Shown: in pieces, positions 19,106 to 29,290 of the stretch
How the letters are laid out: each line of letters opens with the position of its first letter
Numbering within the stretch: position 1 is the first letter of the stretch
NCBI GenBank assembly: GCA_965207705.1
Contig: OZ242292.1
Location: forward strand, 1,247,696-1,311,695
Direction of reading: 5' to 3'
DNA length: 64,000 nt
Origin: Gammaproteobacteria bacterium
GTDB lineage: Bacteria > Pseudomonadota > Gammaproteobacteria > CBDBNL01 > JAAOII01
Translations under genes and position numbers: made by a program
Notes under the pieces: model-generated
Database searches by the model: none
What the model saw: only the letters and a program-made list of their open reading frames with translations
Told to the model about the DNA's origin: nothing

Positions 19106-20485
19106 ATGGTGATTTCAAGATTAGCGCTTCTCGGCATGCAATGGGGAGATGAAGGCAAGGGTAAACTAATAGATGTGTTGGCGGAGCGCGCCGACTTTGT
19201 GGTGCGTTATCAAGGTGGTCATAATGCTGGCCACACAGTTATATTTTATGAAGATGAGCAGGATGCTAAGAATAATGCCCCTGCTAATGCTCCCCGCAAA
19301 ATGGTCTTGCATTTGCTTCCTTGTGGAGTGGCGCATAAGGATACGCATTGTGTCATAGCCAATGGCGTTATACTTTCTTTGCCGGCGCTACAAGAAGAAA
19401 TTCATAAAACACAAGAAGTCGGTTATGATATTTTGCCGCGCCTTTCAATTAGTCGCGACTGTTCGTTGGTCCTGCCGAGTCATATAGCGTTAGATAAAAT
19501 GGCGGAAGCCAAGCTTAGTAAAAGCAATAAAAGCATAGGCACTACTTGTCGCGGCATAGGTCCCGCTTACGAAGACCACTATGCCAGACGCGCCATCAAA
19601 TTAAAAGATGTTGCCACCTCCAATTTTGACGAACGACTTAAATCACTTCTTGATTATCATAATTTTTTGCTGCGCAATTATTATGGCGGGGCAAATTCCT
19701 GTTCCTTTGATTACAAAGAAGTTGGAGATGAAATGCGTGACATTTATCAGAATATTAAACCAACGATTAAGGATACTGTCGCTTTATTACAATCTGCTGT
19801 AGAGAATAATAAAAAAATTATTTGGGAGGGAGCTCAGGGATGTGGCTTGGATGTTAACCACGGCACCTATCCTTTTGTAACTTCATCGGCAACTTGCATA
19901 GGCGGGCTTTTTACTGGCAGTGGCGTATCGCATAAAAGCGTGGAGCAAGTGGTTGGGATTGTCAAGGCGTATGCTACACGGGTAGGTGAAGGACCTTTTG
20001 CCACCGAGCTCAATGATGCCGATGGAAAAATGTTGCAAGACAAGGGCAAAGAGTTTGGTTCCACCACTGGACGTCCGCGCCGTTGCGGTTGGCTTGATTT
20101 AGAATATCTAAAGCGCTCAGTTAAGCTAAACGGAGTGGATGGCATCTTTCTTACCAAAGCGGATGTGTTGGATGGCTTTGCAATTATTAAGTTGGGGCTG
20201 GGTGAGAGAATGGGAGGGAAGCAACATCACTCCCAAAATAAACACAGCGTAACATCAGAACAAAACCTTGATAATAAGAAATACGAAAGCATGCCAGGAT
20301 GGCAACAGGATATTAGCAACATACAAGAATATGAAGAATTGCCTGCTGAGCTCAAAAATTTCATTCACAGGATTGAGAGTGAGATTGGGATTCCAGTATG
20401 GGGAGTATCTGTGGGAGCGCAACGGTCGCAACTAATTGTGCGTCAGGATAAATGCCCTCAGTTGAAGGGCTGGCTATTCGTATGA
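19106..20485 (+). CDS. purA: Adenylosuccinate synthetase
   Basis: Motifs QWGDEGKGK, YQGGHNAGHT, GTTCRGIGPAYED and GSTTGRPRRCGWLD are present. It has a ~14-aa insertion after GHNAGHT relative to E. coli PurA. Confidence 0.95.
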   Translation: MVISRLALLGMQWGDEGKGKLIDVLAERADFVVRYQGGHNAGHTVIFYEDEQDAKNNAPANAPRKMVLHLLPCGVAHKDTHCVIANGVILSLPALQEEIHKTQEVGYDILPRLSISRDCSLVLPSHIALDKMAEAKLSKSNKSIGTTCRGIGPAYEDHYARRAIKLKDVATSNFDERLKSLLDYHNFLLRNYYGGANSCSFDYKEVGDEMRDIYQNIKPTIKDTVALLQSAVENNKKIIWEGAQGCGLDVNHGTYPFVTSSATCIGGLFTGSGVSHKSVEQVVGIVKAYATRVGEGPFATELNDADGKMLQDKGKEFGSTTGRPRRCGWLDLEYLKRSVKLNGVDGIFLTKADVLDGFAIIKLGLGERMGGKQHHSQNKHSVTSEQNLDNKKYESMPGWQQDISNIQEYEELPAELKNFIHRIESEIGIPVWGVSVGAQRSQLIVRQDKCPQLKGWLFV

Positions 20486-21597
20486 CGGCTGGTGAATTAC
20501 AAGAGTCACTGGTAGCCCTGCAAAAAAAACTGGAAGACCTTAAACTTATGCTGCATTATGCAGCGAATAACAAGGAACTTGCGGAAGTCCGTACTCAGAT
20601 GAAAGAACCCTCTTTGTGGGATAATCCCGCAAGAGCAAAATTGTTGGGTAAGAGAGAGGCGCGCCTTGTTGAAATAATTGAAGTCATAGATAAGTTTGCC
20701 TCTCGTATTCAAGATGCAAATGAGATATTTGACCTGGCGCAGGAAAGCAGTGATGAACAAAACTTATTGCATGACTTATCCATAGAAGTAGAGGACTTGA
20801 AAACTGAGGTTGAGAAAATTGAAGATAAAGCAATGTTTGGCGGCATCCATGATGATGACAATGCGTTTATGGAGATTCAGGCAGGTCAAGGAGGCACCGA
20901 AGCGCAGGACTGGGCAGAGATGTTGCTACGGATGTACTTAAAATGGGGCGATAGTCATAAGATGAAGAGCGAGGTTTTAGAATTATCCCCAGGAGAAGTT
21001 GCTGGCATCAAAGGGGCGAGCATCAGGTTCATTGGCTTGCGCGCTTATGGTTGGCTGCGCACCGAGACGGGCATTCATCGCCTGGTGCGCAAATCCCCGT
21101 TTAACTCTGGCAATCGTCGCCACACTTCGTTTGCTTCTGTTTTTGTAACTCCCGAGCTAGATGCAAATATTGAAGTGGAAATTAATGCTAAGGACTTGCG
21201 TATAGATACTTACCGCGCCAGTGGCGCTGGCGGACAACATATTAATAAGACCGACTCGGCAGTAAGGATAACTCATTTACCGAGTGGGGTTGTAGTGCAG
21301 TGTCAAAATCAAAGATCGCAACATCAAAACAAAGACAGCGCCATGCGTCAACTAAAGTCAAAACTTTATCTTATTGAGGAAGAGAAACAAAATGCTGAGA
21401 AAAGGTCATTGGAGGAGACAAAGGATGAAATATCCTGGGGGAGACAGATAAGGTCTTATGTTTTAGATGATTCACGTATTAAAGACCTGCGCACGGGAAT
21501 TGAGAAAAGTGATTGCCCGCGAGTTTTAGATGGGGACTTGGACGACTTTATCTTTGCATCTTTGCAACAACAAGCCCGTTCCGCAATTTCTAAATGA
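20482..21597 (+). CDS. prfB: Peptide chain release factor 2, encoded in a single frame
   Basis: It carries the SPF motif (RKSPFNSG) and the GGQ motif ([11 protein letters not shown]), and aligns to RF2 over its full length. The start at 20482 overlaps the purA stop as ATGA. ATG 20452 is an in-frame alternative that lies inside purA. Confidence 0.9.
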   Translation: MTAGELQESLVALQKKLEDLKLMLHYAANNKELAEVRTQMKEPSLWDNPARAKLLGKREARLVEIIEVIDKFASRIQDANEIFDLAQESSDEQNLLHDLSIEVEDLKTEVEKIEDKAMFGGIHDDDNAFMEIQAGQGGTEAQDWAEMLLRMYLKWGDSHKMKSEVLELSPGEVAGIKGASIRFIGLRAYGWLRTETGIHRLVRKSPFNSGNRRHTSFASVFVTPELDANIEVEINAKDLRIDTYRASGAGGQHINKTDSAVRITHLPSGVVVQCQNQRSQHQNKDSAMRQLKSKLYLIEEEKQNAEKRSLEETKDEISWGRQIRSYVLDDSRIKDLRTGIEKSDCPRVLDGDLDDFIFASLQQQARSAISK

Positions 21598-22643
21598 TGC
21601 CAATGTTTCCTCTTGCTGACATTGTCCGCGCCACAGATAGTCAATTATTAAGAGGAGATGATTCTTATACTATTAGCGGGGTTAACTCTTTAGATAATGC
21701 CATTGCAACTCAACTGGCTTTTTGCATTAAGTCCGATTATCTTCCCTTGCTATCATCCACTAAAGCGGGGGCAATAATAACCTCGCAACAACTTGCCGCG
21801 CAAGCAATGGATAAGGCGTCAAATAACTGCGCTATTTTATCCGCTAAAGACGGAGAACTTGCATACTTAGAGGCAATGAAAGTTTTTGCGCCGCGCGACT
21901 TGTTTGATAAAGGCGTATCCCCTCAGGCAACAATAGCTGCGGACGCTAAAATTGGCAAGGGTGTTTCGTTAGGCGCTGCAAGTGTTATTGGCAGTGGATG
22001 TGTTATTGGAGATAATTGTCAAATAAGCAATGGGGTATCAATTGCTGCCGATGTGCGGGTGGGCAATGATTGCATTATTCATGCCAATGTATCTATATAT
22101 AGAGGAAGCGAAATTCATAATCGGGTGATACTGCATTCCAATTGTGTAATTGGCGGAGATGGCTTTGGCTATATTAAAGTGGGTAAAGCAGGCATAGCAG
22201 GGATGGAGCATAACAAGATTCCACATAACGGAGGGGTGGTGTTGGAAGACGATGTGGAGATTGGTGCAAACTCAGCGGTAGATCGCGCCACTATGGGTGT
22301 AACTCGTATAGGCGCTGGAACCAAGATAGATAATCTTGTTCAGATTGCTCATAATGTTATTATCGGCAAGAGATGTATTATATGCGGCAATTGCGGCATA
22401 GGCGGTTCGGCGCAGGTGGGTGATGATTGTGTGTTTGCCGGTAAAAGTGGTTGTATTGATAATGTTAAGGTTGGCAACAAGACAACCGTATATGTAGGAG
22501 GGATAATCGTTGGCGATACTCCCGAGGGTTCTCACATCCAAGGGGTGTGGGGACGCGATAGAAAGCGATACCTGCGCGAAATGGCGTTGCTGCGCAAACT
22601 ACCTCAATTATTCAAACGGATTAAGAACTCAACTAAAAAATAA
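21594..22643 (+). CDS. lpxD: UDP-3-O-acylglucosamine N-acyltransferase
   Basis: It has an LpxD-like N-terminus (LADIV....L.GD....I.GV) and long hexapeptide (left-handed beta-helix) repeats. Its start overlaps the prfB stop as ATGA. Confidence 0.88.
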   Translation: MMPMFPLADIVRATDSQLLRGDDSYTISGVNSLDNAIATQLAFCIKSDYLPLLSSTKAGAIITSQQLAAQAMDKASNNCAILSAKDGELAYLEAMKVFAPRDLFDKGVSPQATIAADAKIGKGVSLGAASVIGSGCVIGDNCQISNGVSIAADVRVGNDCIIHANVSIYRGSEIHNRVILHSNCVIGGDGFGYIKVGKAGIAGMEHNKIPHNGGVVLEDDVEIGANSAVDRATMGVTRIGAGTKIDNLVQIAHNVIIGKRCIICGNCGIGGSAQVGDDCVFAGKSGCIDNVKVGNKTTVYVGGIIVGDTPEGSHIQGVWGRDRKRYLREMALLRKLPQLFKRIKNSTKK

Positions 22644-22665
22644 TTATCTAAGAGGGTTTGTTCGT

Positions 22666-23058
22666 CTATTCTTTAGTTAGGATAACAAAGGCAATTGCAT
22701 AACCCCCTTCATCGCTTCCCTCATCACTGATGGTTACGTGAGAGTTATTGGCGCCTAATTGATTAAACCTTGCCAACGCCCCTTGACGTAATAGCAAATA
22801 TGGAGCGCCGCTTGGTTTGTTAATAGCTGCTATGTTTTTCCAGTAGACACCTCTTTTCATTCCCGTGCCAAGCGCTTTTGCTGTCGCCTCTTTTACTGCA
22901 AATCTTTTTGCCAGGTATGCTGCTTTGTGCGGGCGTTTTTTGTAAGACGCTATTTCCTCATTTGATAAAATACGCTGCACGAACTTCTCGCCATATTTTT
23001 CATATACTCTGGTTATCCGTTTGATGTCAGTAATATCACTTCCTATGCCAATTATCAT
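22666..23058 (-). CDS. acpS: Holo-[acyl-carrier-protein] synthase
   Basis: 130 aa: MIIGIGSDI..I.R......K...R.LS..E......AAYLAKRFAVKEATAKALGTG, colinear with AcpS. Confidence 0.92.
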   Translation of the reverse strand: MIIGIGSDITDIKRITRVYEKYGEKFVQRILSNEEIASYKKRPHKAAYLAKRFAVKEATAKALGTGMKRGVYWKNIAAINKPSGAPYLLLRQGALARFNQLGANNSHVTISDEGSDEGGYAIAFVILTKE

Positions 23059-23084
23059 TTTGTCAATATCTTTGTATACATCAT

Positions 23085-23111
23085 TGTATTTTACAAATAA
23101 TGTGTTATAAT
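23085..23111 (+). promoter_or_regulatory. Extended -10 promoter candidate for the three-headed lipoprotein gene
   Basis: TGtTATAAT at 23103-23111 with TTGTAT at 23085-23090 (15-nt spacer). It lies 48 nt upstream of ATG 23159; AGGGG at 23146-23150 serves as the RBS. Confidence 0.4.
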
Positions 23112-23158
23112 GGGGTTCGGATTAACATATAATATCATATAATTTAGGGGAACATCTT

Positions 23159-26100
23159 ATGGGGGAATTATCTTTGCGGCTATCTTTTGAGCCATCGTCT
23201 CAGACGTATATAAAAACGTATTCTTATTTAAAAGCAGCATTTGTAGATAACATATATCTATCATTTATAGCGCAAAAATTAACTACGCGCAATTCACTTT
23301 TTGTGGCGCTGATTTGTGGCATGCTGGCGCTGAGTGCTTGTGAGGGGGGTGGTAGCAGTACCAGCCATATAAATTCAGCTGGGAGTACCAATCCCATCCC
23401 CACCCCAATGGAAGAGTTAAATGCCATAGACCCACAATATTTCACAACTCATATTTCTAATAGCATTGAAGAGGATACAGATGGTGATGGCATTATTAAC
23501 GCTTATGATTTTTATTATGATAATCGTAGCGTTCAGGTTGTAGGTGATGGCACTTCCGATGATCCTTTTCTTATTCGCAATATTTATCAATTGCAGGCAA
23601 TTGCTGGGCTTGACCATAATGGGCGGCGCCTGAATATTTCTGCATTCACTAATAACACCTGGCTTTATGGCATGGACGCCAAGCAGCAGCTTAGTAGTTC
23701 TTATGCTCTTTCTGGTGATATAGATGCCCTGCCTACTGCCAATTGGCAACACAACATTAATAGTAAAGATAGCGCGCAGGCGGACTTATCTACCTCGCTA
23801 AATCGGACAGAGAATGGGACTAATGCAAATATTACTCAACCATTCGCCGATAACGATTCCACCATAATTATTGGCTTTCTTCCAATCGGTAACTGCGGAG
23901 ATAATGATATTTGCAATGATGAAGATGATGAGTCCTTTATGGGTAATTTAATAGGCGGCAATTATATAATTGATAATCTGCATCAAAACCGTACTGATTC
24001 CGCATATAGTGGTTTATTTGGCAGCATAGGGGAAGGCGGGCGTATTGATTCATTAGGTTTGACTTCATTGGTTGTTTACGGCAAAGAACTTGTTGGCGCC
24101 TTAGCGGCAATTAGTAGCGGCGAAATTCATAACTCATACATAATAGGATTTGTTAGTGGCAATGAACAGGTGGGCGGCTTAGTAGGAAAGAACACAGGAG
24201 AAATTATAGATTCTTATGCGATAGGCGAGGTTGTTGGCAATGAACAGGTGGGTGGCTTGAGTGGAGTTAATAATAACATTATTGATTCATCTCATGCGGT
24301 TTCCCGTATATCCAAACAGGTATCCAAACAGATATCTAATGGGGGGCAAGCAGGAGAGGATGTAAAGAAGGAGAACTTTGGCGGCTTAGTTGGACTAAGT
24401 AGTCCATCATCAATTATTAGCGCCTCTTATGCATCTGGCCTAGTAAATGGTACCGATCATGTTGGAGGATTGGTCGGTGAAAATCAAGGAATGATTTTTA
24501 ACTCTTATGCCAGCGTCACTGCTTTAGGCAGGGAAGAAATAGGGGGCTTAGTAGGCAGAGACCAAGGGCAAATTATCGCCTCTTATGCTTTGGGTGATGT
24601 GGTAGGTCAAAGTTACGTTGGAGGATTAGTAGGTTTTAGCAGTGGAGAAATTGGTTATTCTTATGCGCACGGCGCTGTTACAGGAAATAGCCGAGTTGGC
24701 GGTTTAGTGGGGTTTTATAATTCACGTTATCCGTTGGATGTCTCTTATGCTAGCGGTTTAGTTAAAGGAGATAACTCGGTAGGAGGGCTAGTAGGTTTTA
24801 GTGTATTAGGATTCAGTTCCTCTTCTTATTGGGATGTCCAAACATCCAATCAACCGCGTGGGGTAGGTGAATATCCTGATGGCATATTAGATGAAACACA
24901 ACCATTAATCACTTCTCAAATAACAGGATGCGCGCTAAATGGTATTCGTTTGGCGGGAAGCCCTGATTTCCTTAACTGCAATGATTTATTCCCAGCATAC
25001 TTATGGGGACAACATCTTTACGAAGGAATATCTTCTGCTAACTATGCTATCTCTTGGGATTTTGCAACCGCGGATAGCTATCCACGCATTGTAGTTAGAG
25101 ATGGTGAACAGAACATTAAGATTCCCCCAGCAGTGTGTGTGTCTGGTTTGTATGAAGAAGGAGAATGCTCAATCTTGCTGGATATTAATGATGCAACAGC
25201 AGGCACAGAACTTGGCAGAGTTATAGTTTTCTCAGACAGCCATGAAGTTTATAGTTATGCTCTGCAATCTTTGCTCAGTGATTTACCGCAGGGCTTGTTT
25301 GCAGTCCATGACGATAGCGCTTCCAGTGGGTTAATTACCTTGCAAAGAAATGCAAATGAAGATGATGAGGGGACTTATACTTTAGTTATTCTCGCAAGTC
25401 AACGCGAGGATAGCCGCATCAAAGATGAAGGAGAGTTCCTTTTAACAGAACAATATCCAGTTGAGTTTCAGGTGACCTTAATGAAATTTGAGGAACAAAT
25501 AGCAACCCCCGAAGATGATGACGCTGATGGAGTGCAAAATGAATACGATGACTTCCCCGATGATCCGATAAGGTTTGTTGACGGAGAAGGAAGCATGACC
25601 AACCCTTATGTTATTCGCAACATTTATCAACTGCAAGCAATCGCTGGTTTAGACCATAATGGAATAGCACTTAATGATATTAGTTCCGCCACTAAAGGTA
25701 GATGGCTTTATGGGGGCAGCAAAAGAGAGCAACTCAACAAACATTATATTCTTGGCAATACTATATGGGCGTCTGTGACTCGCTATTGGCGAGATGGCGG
25801 CGGCTTTATTCCCATTGGCAGTTGCACAGCAAACGATGTGTGCGCGGATTCTTTCAATGGTAGTTTAAATGGGGCTGGCAATATTATTATAGATCCAACT
25901 ATAAACGCTTTTTATAGCAAAAACGGAGTAGGGATTTTCGGCGCCTTAGCTCCAGGCGTATTAATAAGGGACGTAATAATTAGGGACGCTAATATATTTG
26001 GCGGCTTTAATGATGTGGGTATTTTAGCTGGTTATGCCCGCGAAGTAACTATTATAAATAGCTCAGTAGCTGGCACAGTAATAGCGGCTAATCCTCAATC

Positions 26101-29100
26101 TGATGGAGTGGGAGCTTTGCTCGGTGATGGAGCAGGAGCGTTAATTGTAAACTCTAACGCAGAAACACAACAAGTGCGCGGCATTAGTAATGTGGGCGGC
26201 TTAGTTGGCAATGGTAGAGGTACGAGGGTTATTTCCTCTTATGCAACTAATGATAATGTGCGGGGTTCAAATAATATAGGCGGTTTGCTTGGCAATGGTG
26301 AAGAAGCAAATATAGTTTTTTCGCATTCTTCTTCGCGAGAAATCAGCGGGACTTTCAATATTGGTGGATTAGCTGGCAATGGACGACAAGTGAATATTTT
26401 ATTTTCTTATGTTGCGGGCGGGATAGATGCGCGTGGCATAGTTAGCGGCAATATATTGGGCAACGATAGAATAGGCGGAATGCTCGGCAATGGCACCTTT
26501 GCGAATATCACTGCTTCTTATGTGACAGGCGGTAGTATTCTTGGCGCTGATTATATTGGTGGTTTAATTGGAGATGCAAATAACGCTATTATTAGGACTT
26601 CTTATTCTGCAATGAATCAGATTGAAGGCGCAGGTTTAAAAGTGGGCGGATTGGTTGGCCACGTTGGCGCTGAAGAAGCAACTACTACTGTGGTTAATTC
26701 CTACTGGGATTATGAAACTACAGGGCTTACAATGCGGTTGGATGTTCCCGCTGAGGCGCAAGGAATTGCTAAGGAAAGTTCTGAACTACAAAATACTACG
26801 GATTTTAGCAGCGGTATTTATGAGTTATGGGCGAGCTATTGGTGCAATCCTAATGCAATTAATGATGTTGAGTATAGTTTAGATGGCGCGGCGTCTTATG
26901 CTACTGACGAAAATATTGTATGGGATCTTGGCTATGATACACAGTATCCCGCCCTTAAGTGTAGCCCGCAAGGACTTAGTGTTTTACAAGGCAGAGATAA
27001 AGATGGCGATGGAATTATTGACGCTATTGACACTGATGATGATGGCGATGGAATTTTAGATGTTGATGATTTATGTCCCGCAGGAGAGACGGCTTGGACA
27101 TCCGATTCTATATCTGATATTGATGTGGATGGTTGCCGCAATGATGAAGATATTGATGTTGACAATGACGGGATATTGAATACTGCGGACTTGTGTCCCG
27201 CTGGTGTAGTTAACTGGGTATCAAATAAAGATGTTGATTATGACGGAGATGGCTGTCGTTACGATGAAGATGATGACCGTGATAATGATGGAATATTGAA
27301 TACAGCGGATAGTTGTCCGCTTGGCGATTTAGGTTGGATTAGCAGCCCCACTACCGACTTTGATGGAGATGGCTGCCGCAATTCTGAAGATGACGATGAT
27401 GACAACGATGGCTTCCCCGATAATATTGACGTGTTTGACTTTGACCCAAATGAATATCAAGATGCGGATGGAGATGGCACTGGAGACAATGCAGATGATG
27501 ACGCCGACAATGATGGTGTTGCAGATGATATTGATATTGATGATGATGGCGATGGACTAATTGAAATTAGTACTATTGCAGGATTAAATAATATTCGCTA
27601 TAGTTTGAGCGGCAATCGCTTAGTCCGCTATTTCGGTGATATTGGCATATCGTTAGGGTGCGGTGGCTTGAATGGAATTGTCCTGTGCAATGGCTACGAA
27701 CTAATGGTTGATTTATCCTTGGAGACGACTTATTTTACTTGGCAACCAATTGGCGAATGTGTCACAAATAACGAGTGCACTAGGTCTTTTTCTGGAATAT
27801 TTGATGGCAATGGAAGAATAATTCGTGACCTCACCATGATTAATTCCTATCCAGCGGGAGTAGGATTATTTGCCTCTTTTACAAACAGCGCAGTAGTGCG
27901 AAATCTTCGTATGAGAGATGTGACTATTACTACCTCAGCTGCAGATGGCGTGGGAGCTTTGGTTGGCTACGGAGGCGGCGCTGAGATTACAGATGTTTCG
28001 TTGACTACCGCAAAAATTCTAGCGGCAAGCGCTTATGGAGTTGGCAGCTTAGTGGGCGATATGGAGGGAGGCAGCATAAGAAATACTTACGTAGTTCAAG
28101 TAGAAGTTCAAGCTGTGGAAGAAGTGGGCGGCTTGGTTGGCAGAGCTGTTGGGACTGAAATGACGTCTGCTTCTGTATTGGGGGCTTATGTCCGAGGAAG
28201 CAATAATGTTGGCGGCTTGGTTGGCAATGGGCAATCAGCTAGGATAACTAGTTCCCGCACTAATTTTGCTAATGTCCGGTCATATAGTAATAATGTCGGC
28301 GGCTTGGTTGGCTGGGGGCGCTTTGCTGACATTACTTCTTCCATTGCGTTTGATGCTATTGTGCGTGGAGTAGAGAATGTTGGCGGCTTGGTAGGAGATG
28401 CTTCCAATGGCATAATTCGTAGATCTTACGTTGATAGAATTACTGCTACTGCCGATGGTGGAACTATCGGCGGCTTAGTTGGCAGAATGGATGAAGGCGC
28501 TATAATGCAGTGTAATGTAGAAGGAGGAACTGTAGCAGGAAGCACTTCAGTGGGGGGGCTGCTTGGTTCTGGCACTAACGGCGTTAATGTTACTTCTTCC
28601 AGTGTTACATTAAGTAGTGTGAGCGGAACGAACAGCGTAGCTGGATTAGTTGCTCGTGGTGACAATATAATTATTGATTCATCGTCTACTAATGTAGGGC
28701 AGATTACAGGCAATAGTTATGTGGCTGGTTTACTTGCTTGGGGAGCATCAGCTACGATAAGGGCATCTTATGCTAAGGGGGGCAATATATTTGGAGGCAG
28801 CTTTGTTGGCGGTTTGGTTGGCGATGGCTCAGGAGCTACTATTAAGGCATCTTATGCTGCAGCTGGTCCAACGACAGGGCTTTTCTTTATTGCCGGCCTC
28901 ATCGCCTATCCTGGCGGCGACAGCTTTTTAGCTCCTATTAATAGAGATTCAGGATATTCTCGCACTCCAACAATTCTGGTTGCATCCTATTGGGATAGGA
29001 CTGTTAGCGGACAAGGGTACCGTACTGGGATTGTTCAGGGACAAGAAGGTGAGGTATATCTTACTGCTGAGTTGCAAACACCAACAACTTTTAGCGGTAT

Positions 29101-29245
29101 TTACTCTGAGTGGGATAATTATTGGTGCGACCCTGCTACTGGAGAGTTAACCGAGGATTCTACTTCTACTTTTGCTACTACTGATAATCTGGCATGGAAC
29201 CTCGGAGATAGCAACGAATATCCATACCTAACCTGCGGTAGGTAA
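23159..29245 (+). CDS. Giant three-headed lipoprotein with GLUG repeats and TSP3-like Ca-binding repeats
   Basis: 2,028 aa with a lipobox LALSAC about 60 aa from the ATG. The heads are at 23558-25095, 25601-26961 and 27557-29242. The first two open with (F/V)IRNIYQLQAIAGLDHNG and the third with LIEISTIAGLNNIRYSL. Each head contains (E/N)VGGLVG GLUG units and ends in SYWD...(W)D(F/L)G...YP.L. Confidence 0.85.
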   Translation: MGELSLRLSFEPSSQTYIKTYSYLKAAFVDNIYLSFIAQKLTTRNSLFVALICGMLALSACEGGGSSTSHINSAGSTNPIPTPMEELNAIDPQYFTTHISNSIEEDTDGDGIINAYDFYYDNRSVQVVGDGTSDDPFLIRNIYQLQAIAGLDHNGRRLNISAFTNNTWLYGMDAKQQLSSSYALSGDIDALPTANWQHNINSKDSAQADLSTSLNRTENGTNANITQPFADNDSTIIIGFLPIGNCGDNDICNDEDDESFMGNLIGGNYIIDNLHQNRTDSAYSGLFGSIGEGGRIDSLGLTSLVVYGKELVGALAAISSGEIHNSYIIGFVSGNEQVGGLVGKNTGEIIDSYAIGEVVGNEQVGGLSGVNNNIIDSSHAVSRISKQVSKQISNGGQAGEDVKKENFGGLVGLSSPSSIISASYASGLVNGTDHVGGLVGENQGMIFNSYASVTALGREEIGGLVGRDQGQIIASYALGDVVGQSYVGGLVGFSSGEIGYSYAHGAVTGNSRVGGLVGFYNSRYPLDVSYASGLVKGDNSVGGLVGFSVLGFSSSSYWDVQTSNQPRGVGEYPDGILDETQPLITSQITGCALNGIRLAGSPDFLNCNDLFPAYLWGQHLYEGISSANYAISWDFATADSYPRIVVRDGEQNIKIPPAVCVSGLYEEGECSILLDINDATAGTELGRVIVFSDSHEVYSYALQSLLSDLPQGLFAVHDDSASSGLITLQRNANEDDEGTYTLVILASQREDSRIKDEGEFLLTEQYPVEFQVTLMKFEEQIATPEDDDADGVQNEYDDFPDDPIRFVDGEGSMTNPYVIRNIYQLQAIAGLDHNGIALNDISSATKGRWLYGGSKREQLNKHYILGNTIWASVTRYWRDGGGFIPIGSCTANDVCADSFNGSLNGAGNIIIDPTINAFYSKNGVGIFGALAPGVLIRDVIIRDANIFGGFNDVGILAGYAREVTIINSSVAGTVIAANPQSDGVGALLGDGAGALIVNSNAETQQVRGISNVGGLVGNGRGTRVISSYATNDNVRGSNNIGGLLGNGEEANIVFSHSSSREISGTFNIGGLAGNGRQVNILFSYVAGGIDARGIVSGNILGNDRIGGMLGNGTFANITASYVTGGSILGADYIGGLIGDANNAIIRTSYSAMNQIEGAGLKVGGLVGHVGAEEATTTVVNSYWDYETTGLTMRLDVPAEAQGIAKESSELQNTTDFSSGIYELWASYWCNPNAINDVEYSLDGAASYATDENIVWDLGYDTQYPALKCSPQGLSVLQGRDKDGDGIIDAIDTDDDGDGILDVDDLCPAGETAWTSDSISDIDVDGCRNDEDIDVDNDGILNTADLCPAGVVNWVSNKDVDYDGDGCRYDEDDDRDNDGILNTADSCPLGDLGWISSPTTDFDGDGCRNSEDDDDDNDGFPDNIDVFDFDPNEYQDADGDGTGDNADDDADNDGVADDIDIDDDGDGLIEISTIAGLNNIRYSLSGNRLVRYFGDIGISLGCGGLNGIVLCNGYELMVDLSLETTYFTWQPIGECVTNNECTRSFSGIFDGNGRIIRDLTMINSYPAGVGLFASFTNSAVVRNLRMRDVTITTSAADGVGALVGYGGGAEITDVSLTTAKILAASAYGVGSLVGDMEGGSIRNTYVVQVEVQAVEEVGGLVGRAVGTEMTSASVLGAYVRGSNNVGGLVGNGQSARITSSRTNFANVRSYSNNVGGLVGWGRFADITSSIAFDAIVRGVENVGGLVGDASNGIIRRSYVDRITATADGGTIGGLVGRMDEGAIMQCNVEGGTVAGSTSVGGLLGSGTNGVNVTSSSVTLSSVSGTNSVAGLVARGDNIIIDSSSTNVGQITGNSYVAGLLAWGASATIRASYAKGGNIFGGSFVGGLVGDGSGATIKASYAAAGPTTGLFFIAGLIAYPGGDSFLAPINRDSGYSRTPTILVASYWDRTVSGQGYRTGIVQGQEGEVYLTAELQTPTTFSGIYSEWDNYWCDPATGELTEDSTSTFATTDNLAWNLGDSNEYPYLTCGR
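26995..27555 (+). other. Thrombospondin-type-3-like repeat region with paired cysteines
   Basis: There are three ~40-aa repeats, DNDGILNTAD(L/S)CP.G...W.S....D.DGDGCR.(D/S)EDDD, plus flanking DxDxDGxxD runs. Confidence 0.65.
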
Positions 29246-29254
29246 ATGGGCGGT

Positions 29255-29290
29255 GGTCTGTAGGGGCGGAGCTGCGCTCCGCCCGCAAAA
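29255..29290 (-). repeat. REP-like palindromic element, copy 2 (inverted relative to copy 1)
   Basis: GGTCTGTAGGGGCGGAGC-TGC-GCTCCGCCCGCAAAA is the reverse complement of the 13633-13668 element except for the loop. The 9-bp stem is 29264-29272 / 29276-29284, 10 nt downstream of the CDS stop. Confidence 0.75.

Noticed and set aside
20452-20481. Longer starts offered by the ORF track: prfB at 20452, hupB at 13929, the helicase at 30995 and paralog 2 at 38757
   Set aside because: Each extension lies inside the preceding gene or lacks homology or an RBS. The shorter starts match ortholog N-termini, an ATGA overlap (prfB), an AGGAG RBS (hupB), or the start shared among paralogs.
20540-20570. Expected prfB +1 frameshift site (CTT TGA C)
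   Set aside because: I looked for it at the position homologous to E. coli codon 26. The frame is continuous with no in-frame stop, so no recoding feature is annotated.
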